DNA of 64,000 bases. Source: Candidatus Saccharimonadales bacterium (GTDB lineage Bacteria; Patescibacteriota; Saccharimonadia; Saccharimonadales; UBA4665). The stretch covers positions 124,029 to 188,028 of the forward strand of contig DASZVS010000014.1 of the NCBI GenBank assembly GCA_035546975.1. Direction: 5' to 3'. The notes under the pieces are model-generated. The model searched no databases. It was given only the letters and a program-made list of their open reading frames with translations, and was not told the origin of the DNA. The position numbers and the translations under genes were made by a program. Positions 36,533-44,537 of this stretch are shown piece after piece. Within the stretch, counting starts at the first letter, position 1, and the number at the start of each line of letters is the position of its first letter.

Positions 36533-39100
36533 ATGAGTAAAAAAGTACGTAGGTTATATGAACAGTTCCAGCCGGAAAATTATCAGTTAGAAATGACGCT
36601 TGACCGCGGCGCCATGTCATTCAGTGGCCGCGTAACCATTAAAGGCAAAAAAATAGGACGGCCCGCCGAACGCCTGACCTTCCACCAAAAAAGCCTCAAA
36701 ATCACAAGCGCGGCCATAACCAAGCATGACAAGAAAGGCGATAGCGAACTTTCCGTTAAACGGATCAACAATCAGGATAGTTTCGATGAGATCCGCCTGC
36801 ACACCGATGGCATGGCGTATCCGGGCGAGTATACCGTGGTTATGGAGTTCGAGGGCAAGATAGTCAGCGGGATGAATGGCATTTATCCGTGCCCGTTTGT
36901 TCACGACGGGCAAGAGAAAATGCTGATAGCCACGCAGTTTGAGAGCCACTACGCACGCAAAGCATTTCCATGCATCGACGAGCCGGCAGCAAAAGCTACA
37001 TTCGACCTCACGCTTACCACTCCAAAGGGCGAAACCGCTCTTTCCAACACGCCGGTCAAACAGCAAAAAGACGAAGGCAAAAACACGGTTTTTACCTTTG
37101 AAACTACGCCGCGGATGTCTACCTATTTGCTGGCTTTCGTTGTCGGTGAAATGCATGCCAAATCCGCCAAAACCAAGAATGGTACCGAAGTAAAAGCATG
37201 GGCAACGGTTGCCCAACCCAAAGATTCACTTGATTTTGCCGTAGAAGTTTCCAAAGGTTGCATCGAATTTTTCGAAGACTATTTTGGCGTTCCCTACCCG
37301 CTGCCTAAACTTGATAACGTCGCCTTGCCGGATTTTGCTGTTGGCGCTATGGAAAACTGGGGGCTTTTGACGTACCGCGAACGATTATTAGTAGCCTATC
37401 CGGGCCAGACTTCGCAGGCCGTCAAAGAGTCTATCGCCTTGGTGGTAGCCCATGAAACATCGCACCAATGGTTCGGTGACCTGACGACTATGGAATGGTG
37501 GGACGACTTATGGCTCAATGAGAGTTTTGCCAACATGATGGAGTATCAAGCCGTTGATTCGCTTTTCCCTGAGTGGAATGTCTGGGAAATGTTCATCAAT
37601 TATGAGGGTCTATTGGCGTTCCGCCGTGATGCTACACCGGGTGTCCAAGCCGTAAAAACCGAGGTTAATCACCCCGACGAAATCAGCACCATCTTTGATC
37701 CCTCTATTGTTTATGCTAAAGGCGGCCGCCTGCTTTATATGCTCAAAAATTACATCGGCGAAGAGGCTTTCAGAAAAGGCTTGGCTCTCTATTTCACAGA
37801 ACATGCCTATAAAAACACTACCGGCAGCGATTTATGGAAGGCGCTTGGCGAGGCCAGCGGCATAGACGTACAAGCCTTTATGAACCCTTGGCTCACCCGG
37901 TCCGGCTTCCCCATGCTCAGCATTACGCAGGAGGGGAAGAACATACAAATAGACCAAAAACAATTTCTCGATAATCCTAAAAAAGCTGATCCGGAGCGGC
38001 TCTGGCCGGTACCATTATTTGCCAGTGAAAAAACCGGCGAAGATATCATCACAAAACGCGCCCTGGAATTTACCGCGGCGAGCGATGATACGCTCCTTTT
38101 GAATACAGGGGCACGCGGGCACTACATCGTCCGCTACGCAACTGATGCACAGAAAAACGCCGCCATTGGTATGATAAAAGACGGCCAGCTTGATACGGTG
38201 GACCGGCTGATGCTTCTCAGCAGCGGCAGTATGCTTTCCCGCGCCGGGTACCAGCCGTACGGCGACGTTCTGGCTATGCTCGAAGCCTACGGCCAAGAAA
38301 GCAGCGAACCCGTCTGGGAAATAATCGCCGTTATCCTCGGTGAAACCAAGCGCTTCGTAGACCTCGACAAATCGCTAGATGACAAGATAAAGCAATTGAC
38401 CCGCAATCTCATTGCCCACGAATATAAACGCCTCGGCTGGAAAGAAAAAGAAGGCGAATCGGTCGCCGACCGCAAGTTACGGGCAACCATCATAGGATTG
38501 GGTGCCTACGCCAAAGAGCCCGACATCATCGAAAAAGCCAAAGAACTTTTTGCGAAATATCAGAAAAACCCTTCCGCTGTACCTGCGGAGCTGCGGAGTA
38601 TCGTGTTTAGCGTGGCGGTCAAGGAAAAGATTGCGGGCGCTTTTGATTACTTACTGAAGCTGCATGATAAAACCGATAACAGTGATCTTAAGGCAGATGT
38701 CGCCGGATCATTGACGGCTACCCGATCAATAGCCGAAACAGAGAAACTGCTGGCCCGTTTGACTGATGCTAAGCTCGTTAAATCCCAAGATGCCGACCGT
38801 TGGGTCATTTATTTGCTTCGGAACCGGCACACCAAAGACATAGCCTGGCAGTGGATGGAAGAAAATTGGCAGTGGATAGAGGACACGTACAAAGACGAGG
38901 CTACCTACGACGGCTGGCCGCGCTATGCAGCCTCGATTTGCAATACCGAAAAATGGCTAGAGCGATATAAAGCATTCTTCATACCCAAACAGACGCAGAT
39001 CGCCTTAAAGCGGAATATTGAGATCGGGATAGAAGAGATCAATAATCGTATTGAGTGGCTTGGACGCGATCTTGAATCGGTCCAAAAGTTCTTTATATAA
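36533..39100 (+). CDS. pepN: M1-family aminopeptidase N
   Basis: 855 aa. GAMEN exopeptidase motif (AVGAMENWG), the zinc motif HETSHQWFGD...WLNESFA, and an ERAP1-like C-terminal domain. Confidence 0.93.
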   Translation: MSKKVRRLYEQFQPENYQLEMTLDRGAMSFSGRVTIKGKKIGRPAERLTFHQKSLKITSAAITKHDKKGDSELSVKRINNQDSFDEIRLHTDGMAYPGEYTVVMEFEGKIVSGMNGIYPCPFVHDGQEKMLIATQFESHYARKAFPCIDEPAAKATFDLTLTTPKGETALSNTPVKQQKDEGKNTVFTFETTPRMSTYLLAFVVGEMHAKSAKTKNGTEVKAWATVAQPKDSLDFAVEVSKGCIEFFEDYFGVPYPLPKLDNVALPDFAVGAMENWGLLTYRERLLVAYPGQTSQAVKESIALVVAHETSHQWFGDLTTMEWWDDLWLNESFANMMEYQAVDSLFPEWNVWEMFINYEGLLAFRRDATPGVQAVKTEVNHPDEISTIFDPSIVYAKGGRLLYMLKNYIGEEAFRKGLALYFTEHAYKNTTGSDLWKALGEASGIDVQAFMNPWLTRSGFPMLSITQEGKNIQIDQKQFLDNPKKADPERLWPVPLFASEKTGEDIITKRALEFTAASDDTLLLNTGARGHYIVRYATDAQKNAAIGMIKDGQLDTVDRLMLLSSGSMLSRAGYQPYGDVLAMLEAYGQESSEPVWEIIAVILGETKRFVDLDKSLDDKIKQLTRNLIAHEYKRLGWKEKEGESVADRKLRATIIGLGAYAKEPDIIEKAKELFAKYQKNPSAVPAELRSIVFSVAVKEKIAGAFDYLLKLHDKTDNSDLKADVAGSLTATRSIAETEKLLARLTDAKLVKSQDADRWVIYLLRNRHTKDIAWQWMEENWQWIEDTYKDEATYDGWPRYAASICNTEKWLERYKAFFIPKQTQIALKRNIEIGIEEINNRIEWLGRDLESVQKFFI

Positions 39101-39107
39101 ATCATTC

Positions 39108-39323
39108 ATGATCCTTGCTTTCATAATCATTATCGGCCAGCAGCTAGTCCCGCTGTTACTGGCTGTTTGGTGTGCTCTTTTTATCACTAATAGGTCAAAA
39201 GACGCTGGTTCCACGAAGTGGCGGCTGGCCCTATGGATAATCGTGTTTTATATAATTTTTTGGATGCTTCTTGTTTTTGCGGCAAGGTTGCTTTTTGCCC
39301 AGCTTTGGGGCGGCAGCGACTAG
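39108..39323 (+). CDS. hypothetical small membrane protein (2 TM helices)
   Basis: The ATG at 39108 lies 7 nt after the pepN stop. 71 aa with two hydrophobic helices. The longer ORF-track version overlaps pepN. Confidence 0.4.
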   Translation: MILAFIIIIGQQLVPLLLAVWCALFITNRSKDAGSTKWRLALWIIVFYIIFWMLLVFAARLLFAQLWGGSD

Positions 39324-39664
39324 AAAACGTTGTCGATGAAATTCATAATCGTGAAATTCGGATCAGCAACTTCGACCGCGCCGAGCTGGGACTCCCCGCG
39401 GTACTTGCTCTCCTCGCGCCATGATTCGGCGGCATAGCGCATCTGCCGAAGCTTAGTCGGGGTGATAGCCTCTAGCCCGCCGCCTTGTTTATCGTCACGG
39501 CGGTATTTTACCTCGACAAAACACACGACCCCGTCTTTTTTGGCGATAATGTCGATTTCACAGCGTGGACGGCGCCAATTTCGCTCGATAATCTGGTATC
39601 CGCGCATTTCCAGGTAGGTTGCGGCGGCTTTTTCGGCCCGGCGGCCCGTATCAGTGGTTGACAT
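39320..39664 (-). CDS. yraN: YraN-family (UPF0102) endonuclease-like protein
   Basis: GRRAEKAAATYLEMRGYQIIERNWRRPRCEIDIIAKKDGVVCFVEVKYR is the family signature. The ATG at 39664 is preferred over 39700. Confidence 0.8.
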   Translation of the reverse strand: MSTTDTGRRAEKAAATYLEMRGYQIIERNWRRPRCEIDIIAKKDGVVCFVEVKYRRDDKQGGGLEAITPTKLRQMRYAAESWREESKYRGESQLGAVEVADPNFTIMNFIDNVF

Positions 39665-39950
39665 TGGGCCTATCCTCTCCGGCGTACCCAGATAGATCAT
39701 CGTACTGGCTTGCCAACCCCCCGCCTACTTCTTCGCCTATATATTCGAATCGCGGTTTTTGCGATCCATCTATGTCTACCGCCTCAAAGAACATATCGTA
39801 CGGGCGCACAGTAATACGCGGCTTTTCTTTCACGCCGAGTGGTACGTAGGCCACTAATTTTTCTTCGGTTTCGCTATGCCGGGCTACGCCGATAGCAAGC
39901 ACCAAAAGGCCGCTATAATGTTTATAAACCCCTGCTTTCAATTCGCCCAT
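39651..39950 (-). CDS. DUF1653-like protein
   Basis: YKHYSG..., ARHSETEEKLVAYVPL and RPYDMF resemble the DUF1653 pattern (from memory). Confidence 0.55.
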   Translation of the reverse strand: MGELKAGVYKHYSGLLVLAIGVARHSETEEKLVAYVPLGVKEKPRITVRPYDMFFEAVDIDGSQKPRFEYIGEEVGGGLASQYDDLSGYAGEDRPNVNH

Positions 39951-39955
39951 TCTCT

Positions 39956-40513
39956 TTATTGTAACAGCGCCGCAACTGGCTTGAAACTCAGGCGGTGCAA
40001 ATCTGAAACGCCGTGTATCTTTAGCCGCTCAAGATGTAACGCGGTACCGTAGCCAACATGTTGATCAAATCCGTAAGCCGGGTACTGCGCCGCCATTTCC
40101 GCCATGTAGCTGTCGCGGGCTACTTTGGCGACAATACTGGCAGCGCTTACGGCGGGCACGCTGTCGTCAGCTTTGATGACGGCTTTCGCCTTCGAATTTT
40201 CCGAGAAAAAGTTAAGATTTCCATCGATGATAAGTTCATCATAATCAACAGTGATAGCGTCGAGCGCCCGCCCCATGGCCAGCTTTACAGCCGCCGTTAA
40301 GCCGAATTCATCGATTTCAGCCGGCTGCACCCAGCCTAAGCCGATAGCCAACGCCTCAAGTTCGATTTCTACAGATAGTTTTTCGCGCTGCCGCTTGCTA
40401 AGCTTCTTTGAATCCCTGAGGCCATGAATCGGCCGGCTGAGGACTACGGCGCCCGCTACAAGCGGCCCTGCCCAACAGCCCCTTCCCACTTCGTCCAATC
40501 CTACAATAACCAT
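39956..40513 (-). CDS. rnhB: ribonuclease HII
   Basis: VGLDEVGRGCWAGPLVAGAV and DSKKLS motifs. 185 aa. Confidence 0.92.
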   Translation of the reverse strand: MVIVGLDEVGRGCWAGPLVAGAVVLSRPIHGLRDSKKLSKRQREKLSVEIELEALAIGLGWVQPAEIDEFGLTAAVKLAMGRALDAITVDYDELIIDGNLNFFSENSKAKAVIKADDSVPAVSAASIVAKVARDSYMAEMAAQYPAYGFDQHVGYGTALHLERLKIHGVSDLHRLSFKPVAALLQ

Positions 40514-40585
40514 ATGCTCTATTCTATCAAATTTAATATTTGCTATTTATTAACTTTTATAATATAATGATATTAAAGGATACCT

Positions 40586-41392
40586 ATGGGCTCCCTCAAG
40601 CGTGCAGCACAAAATAGCTTAGATTCCGTCATAGCCGGTCGTGATGACACCCCAAGAGTACAGGAAATTACAGCAGTCGGTAAAGCACCGAAGCGTGCAG
40701 CCCTACTGGCTGTCCATGCCACGGTCGTAAGATTCCCCCGCTTGACTGCGAAACTGTTAGGAGCAGAATACCCTAAAGGTTTAGTAAAAGTTGGCGAAGG
40801 CCTACAGTCCGAAGTCTTTCGGATCACAGATAGCGATACTGTCTTAAAAATCGTTAATGAACATGATGGCTATAACAACCCCATACAACTAAGCCGCAGA
40901 GAAAGGCGGCAGTTAAAAGATGAGATGGCAGAGCAGCATGCCGTAATGGCAAGTTATGCTGGCGCCACCGTGCTACCACATGAGTTTGAGGTAGGCGCCC
41001 ATCCTTTATACCGGGATCGGGAAGCTATTAGAATAACGCAGCCATATGACGAAATTAACTTCGTATGGCTAAGCGATTACGACGCCCAAACTGGACGCGA
41101 GCCAGATACGAGCCAATTAAGCCTGCGTATAGACGGAGTCGAACAAACGAATCCGGGGTTTGTGTCGGACCTCAGAAGCTTCGTCAATAGCGGCAAAGTG
41201 ATGGCCCACGAACAAGGTTTAGTTGTAGATGTTGTCGGTAATAATAATGGAGGCGTGAGCTCAACCTCGGGGAGGCTTACATATGTTGACAGCCAGCCCG
41301 TCCCCGCTAGCCGGCCAGAAGAACAAGCTTTTGCCCTACATCATTTGGAACGGCTAGACATGGCACTTGCCGAGCTCGAAACCGCCGCCTAA
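40586..41392 (+). CDS. hypothetical protein with atypical protein-kinase-like motifs
   Basis: 268 aa. VGEGLQSEVFRI (Gly-rich loop like), TVLKI (VAIK-like Lys), VVDVVGNNN (DxxxxN-like) and YVDSQP (DFG-position Asp). SD AAGGA. Confidence 0.5.
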   Translation: MGSLKRAAQNSLDSVIAGRDDTPRVQEITAVGKAPKRAALLAVHATVVRFPRLTAKLLGAEYPKGLVKVGEGLQSEVFRITDSDTVLKIVNEHDGYNNPIQLSRRERRQLKDEMAEQHAVMASYAGATVLPHEFEVGAHPLYRDREAIRITQPYDEINFVWLSDYDAQTGREPDTSQLSLRIDGVEQTNPGFVSDLRSFVNSGKVMAHEQGLVVDVVGNNNGGVSSTSGRLTYVDSQPVPASRPEEQAFALHHLERLDMALAELETAA

Positions 41393-41401
41393 CTTGGCGG
41401 C
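41384..41401. terminator. hairpin between convergent genes (possible bidirectional terminator)
   Basis: GCCGCC-TAACTT-GGCGGC, spanning the stop of the 40586..41392 gene and ending just before the rplS stop. Confidence 0.35.
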
Positions 41402-41974
41402 CTATTCAGATTTTTCGTCTTTTTTATCGTCGTCAGCGGTTTGGTCGTGAGCTGCCATAGCAGCGGCTACTTTAGCTTCGTTTTCAGCGTCTTCTTTAGC
41501 CTTTTCCTCGGCTTTGGCGGCTGCTTCGGCTTTGGCCTGCTCGTGCAGCTTAGCTTCTTCGGCCTCGGCAGCTTCATCATGAACATCATTTACGGCTTTA
41601 GCATCAAATTCAACGCTGCTTAGGCGGGCAGCCTTGCCGGTGCGCTCGCGCATATAGCTGAGGTAATTGCGCCGGACCTTGCTGCGCTTAGTGACCTCTA
41701 CCTGTACAACTAACGGGCTATGCAACAAAAAGCTTTTCTCTACGCCGATTCCACTGGAAATGCGGCGGACAGTAATGCGGCTAGTGTGGCTGCCCTTTTT
41801 ATCAGTACGGATTACCAGGCCCTGGAAGATCTGAATGCGTTCTTTGTTGCCTTCGCGGATTTTCTGGTGTACGCGGACAGTATCGCCGCTACGAACATCA
41901 ACGACGGCTTTCTTCTTCTGCTTGGCATTAATTTTGTCAATCACACTGGACATATCCGGTAGATTGTACATCAT
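41402..41974 (-). CDS. rplS: 50S ribosomal protein L19 with Ala/Glu/Lys-rich C-terminal extension
   Basis: VRSGDTVRVHQKIREGNKERIQIFQGLVI...ITVRRISSGIGVEKSFLLHSPLV is a typical L19 core. About 70 extra residues follow at the C-terminus. Confidence 0.93.
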   Translation of the reverse strand: MMYNLPDMSSVIDKINAKQKKKAVVDVRSGDTVRVHQKIREGNKERIQIFQGLVIRTDKKGSHTSRITVRRISSGIGVEKSFLLHSPLVVQVEVTKRSKVRRNYLSYMRERTGKAARLSSVEFDAKAVNDVHDEAAEAEEAKLHEQAKAEAAAKAEEKAKEDAENEAKVAAAMAAHDQTADDDKKDEKSE

Positions 41975-42097
41975 TTAACCCGTTTGATCAAGATAAATCT
42001 TACGATACGGCCTTCCGTAGGCTGCTTCTTTTCGAATATACGCTTTGGCCGTCTAATACACTCTGCCGGAATGAATTCCGTCATGTACAATAAGAAT

Positions 42098-43234
42098 ATG
42101 CCTGATTTTAATGAAAAAGCTCTCAAAAAGCATAAAGAACTACGCGGCAAAATTGCCGTAAAACTAAAAGATTCGCTGGATAGCCGCGAAAAATTAAGCA
42201 TATATTACACCCCCGGTGTGGCTGCTGTATCCGACTATGCAGCCAAACATCCCGAAGAAGCGCGGGAGTACACATGGCTCAATAACAATGTCGCCGTTAT
42301 TAGCGACGGCTCGGCCGTACTCGGACTGGGCAATATCGGCCCATATGGTGCCCTGCCCGTCATGGAGGGCAAATGCATGCTCTTCAAACATTTTGCCGAT
42401 ATTGACGCTGTACCGATTGTGCTCGATGTTCATTCGGCCGATGAAATCGTAGCGGCCGCAAAAGCTATTGCGCCTAGTTTCGGCGGAATTAACCTCGAAG
42501 ATATTGCAGCGCCTATTTGTTTCGAGGTTGAAGAACGGCTCAAGAAAGAACTGCCAATACCCGTTATGCACGATGACCAGCACGGCACGGCAGTCGTTAC
42601 GCTGGCTGGGCTGATCAATGCGGTTAAACTGGTGGGCAAAGACCTGAAAGGCTGCAAGATTGTCATTGTTGGGGCCGGTGCAGCCGGCGTAGCTATAGCC
42701 AAGCTGTTACATGAATACGCAAAGCCGGAAATTATAGCGGTTGACAGCAAAGGGGTTATATCGAAGAATCGCCAGGATCTAAACGATTCGAAACGGCGGC
42801 TGCTCGACATCACAAATCCGAACCATGCCCACGGAAAACTTGAAGATGTTATACAGGGCGCCGATATTTTCATTGGCGTTTCACAGCCCGGGCTTTTAAC
42901 GGCTCAGATGGTGCGGTCGATGAAGAAGGATCCGATCATCTTTGCTATGGCCAATCCGACGCCGGAAATTATGCCAGACGAGGCGAAAGCCGCTGGCGCG
43001 GCTATTATTGCCACCGGCCGCAGCGACTTCCCGAACCAGGTCAATAATGCGCTCGCTTTCCCTGGCATTTTCCGCGGCGCGCTTGATAACGGCGTCCGGG
43101 ATATTACTGATGAGCATAAAATAAAAACTGCCGAAGTAATTGCCGCACTCGTTAAGAGCCCGTCGGTGGACGAAATTATTCCGCATGTCGGCGATGAGCG
43201 CCTCGTCCCGGCTATCGCCAAAGTCATTAAATAA
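42098..43234 (+). CDS. NAD(P)-dependent malic enzyme (short, MaeB-like catalytic form)
   Basis: YTPGVA, GLGNIGP and VVGAGAAGVA motifs. The ATG at 42098 is preferred: TACAAT at 42086-42091 lies 6 nt upstream, and the ORF-track start (41984) would abut the rplS start at 41974. Confidence 0.88.
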   Translation: MPDFNEKALKKHKELRGKIAVKLKDSLDSREKLSIYYTPGVAAVSDYAAKHPEEAREYTWLNNNVAVISDGSAVLGLGNIGPYGALPVMEGKCMLFKHFADIDAVPIVLDVHSADEIVAAAKAIAPSFGGINLEDIAAPICFEVEERLKKELPIPVMHDDQHGTAVVTLAGLINAVKLVGKDLKGCKIVIVGAGAAGVAIAKLLHEYAKPEIIAVDSKGVISKNRQDLNDSKRRLLDITNPNHAHGKLEDVIQGADIFIGVSQPGLLTAQMVRSMKKDPIIFAMANPTPEIMPDEAKAAGAAIIATGRSDFPNQVNNALAFPGIFRGALDNGVRDITDEHKIKTAEVIAALVKSPSVDEIIPHVGDERLVPAIAKVIK

Positions 43235-43277
43235 TTAATTTCTGGCACTATTGGGGCTACGGTATACTGAAAGCCAT

Positions 43278-43775
43278 ATGCCCGAAGAACCGGGTGGTGG
43301 GGCCGAATCACTGCTTATAAGCTTTCCGAATGCCGTACGCCTTAGGCAACAGTTAGGCTATGTTTCTATAAATCAACGGCACAAAAATAAGCTGGTATCT
43401 AGCATTGAGCAATTTGGCGGCCGCGAGATTCCTGTAGATGATTTTTTGGAATCGCTTGAGGAAAAGCTAACGTATTTCGCCGAAACATATTTGCATGGCA
43501 TAACCTCATTGGCGCTCGAAAGTATGCCGGTAATAATTGATAGTGTTGTCACCGAGGAGCCGCAACGAACAAAAGCGCTTGAACTATGGGCTGAGCGCGT
43601 CGAGGTAAAACGGGGTGAGGCCGAAAGGGTAGAGAAAATCAAGCGGCGCCTAACGTCTCCCAAACCAGAAAAAATACCTCGCAAACGGAAAAAAGCAGAA
43701 AAACGCCGCGGCATTATCCAGATTGATCCCAGCCGCTTATCGTCTAACCCGAACTATGGCAAAAAGCGGCGTTAG
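43278..43775 (+). CDS. hypothetical protein with Lys/Arg-rich C-terminus
   Basis: The ORF-track start at 43251 is a TTG. An ATG at 43278 follows a TATACT box (43263-43268). No recognisable motif. Confidence 0.45.
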   Translation: MPEEPGGGAESLLISFPNAVRLRQQLGYVSINQRHKNKLVSSIEQFGGREIPVDDFLESLEEKLTYFAETYLHGITSLALESMPVIIDSVVTEEPQRTKALELWAERVEVKRGEAERVEKIKRRLTSPKPEKIPRKRKKAEKRRGIIQIDPSRLSSNPNYGKKRR

Positions 43776-44491
43776 CCGCCCAGTACTTCTTTGATATGTG
43801 CCAGTAGCAACTCGCCTGCTTGACGGTTGGCAGGATTGGGCTCGCGGAGCCCTCTGGCTACGCCTATAATCTCCTCGGCTGTTTGGCGCGGCGCGTCAAA
43901 GGCGTTTTTAATCCATGCCATGCCGCCGCCTTGCTCGAGCGACCATTCCAAACTTTGGACGCCTTCTTTTATCCGTTTTTCCAGCTCATCCTCGCTCACT
44001 TGGGCGCTCCGGGCAGCTACTCCGATATCCCACATAAAAGGTGATGATACCAGCGTCATTTCTACCATTTTTCGGAATGGCAGGGCTCTCAGCGCAGGGA
44101 CGGCAGTTGATAAGGTATCGAGCATCGTATACGAATGGGAAAAATCTGAAAGATCAGAGCCGTACACAACCCCCGTTGTAGGGTGCACGACACACTGCAC
44201 GAGTTGGCCTTCTCGGACTTCTTCTGCAATAGCATCCACAGCCTCCTGCGTATGCCCGCGCCAACGATATTCGTCTTCAGCCTCGCCCTCGCGGCGGTCT
44301 CTGGTTGTAAAACTTTGTACCCGGCCGAAGTCATTATCAAGCGCTCGGACCATTTCCATGCAAGTACTTTTGCCAACGGCGAGCGGGCCGACGATCGGCA
44401 CCATAGTCACCGTAGCAAGCTCTGCGCACACTTCTTCGGAAGGCATATAATTGGCCAGTGATTTTCTCAGCGCCTCGACAGTGTTTGCCAT
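43772..44491 (-). CDS. guanylate-kinase-like P-loop protein
   Basis: VGPLAVGKST (Walker A), then SFTTRDRREGEAEDEYRW and VVYGS. These resemble the Gmk blocks GPSGxGKST, TTRxPRxGExxGxxYxF and YGT. Longer and more divergent than typical Gmk. Confidence 0.55.
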   Translation of the reverse strand: MANTVEALRKSLANYMPSEEVCAELATVTMVPIVGPLAVGKSTCMEMVRALDNDFGRVQSFTTRDRREGEAEDEYRWRGHTQEAVDAIAEEVREGQLVQCVVHPTTGVVYGSDLSDFSHSYTMLDTLSTAVPALRALPFRKMVEMTLVSSPFMWDIGVAARSAQVSEDELEKRIKEGVQSLEWSLEQGGGMAWIKNAFDAPRQTAEEIIGVARGLREPNPANRQAGELLLAHIKEVLGG

Positions 44492-44537
44492 ATCGCTGAA
44501 TATAACATACTGCCAGCGTTTTGCTAGGAGCTTATGG

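Noticed and set aside
36414-36620. 68-aa minus-strand ORF upstream of nusA, considered as a possible rimP remnant.
   Set aside because: It shows no RimP-like sequence. It overlaps the pepN start and both predicted promoters, and is too short.
39051-39107. Longer version of the small membrane ORF that overlaps the pepN 3' end.
   Set aside because: The overlap region is better explained as pepN coding sequence. The hydrophobic protein begins at the ATG at 39108, just after the pepN stop.
41984-42097. 38-codon N-terminal extension of the malic enzyme ORF.
   Set aside because: It would start only 10 nt from the divergent rplS start, leaving no promoter space. The extension has no malic-enzyme similarity, and a TACAAT box sits 6 nt before the ATG at 42098.
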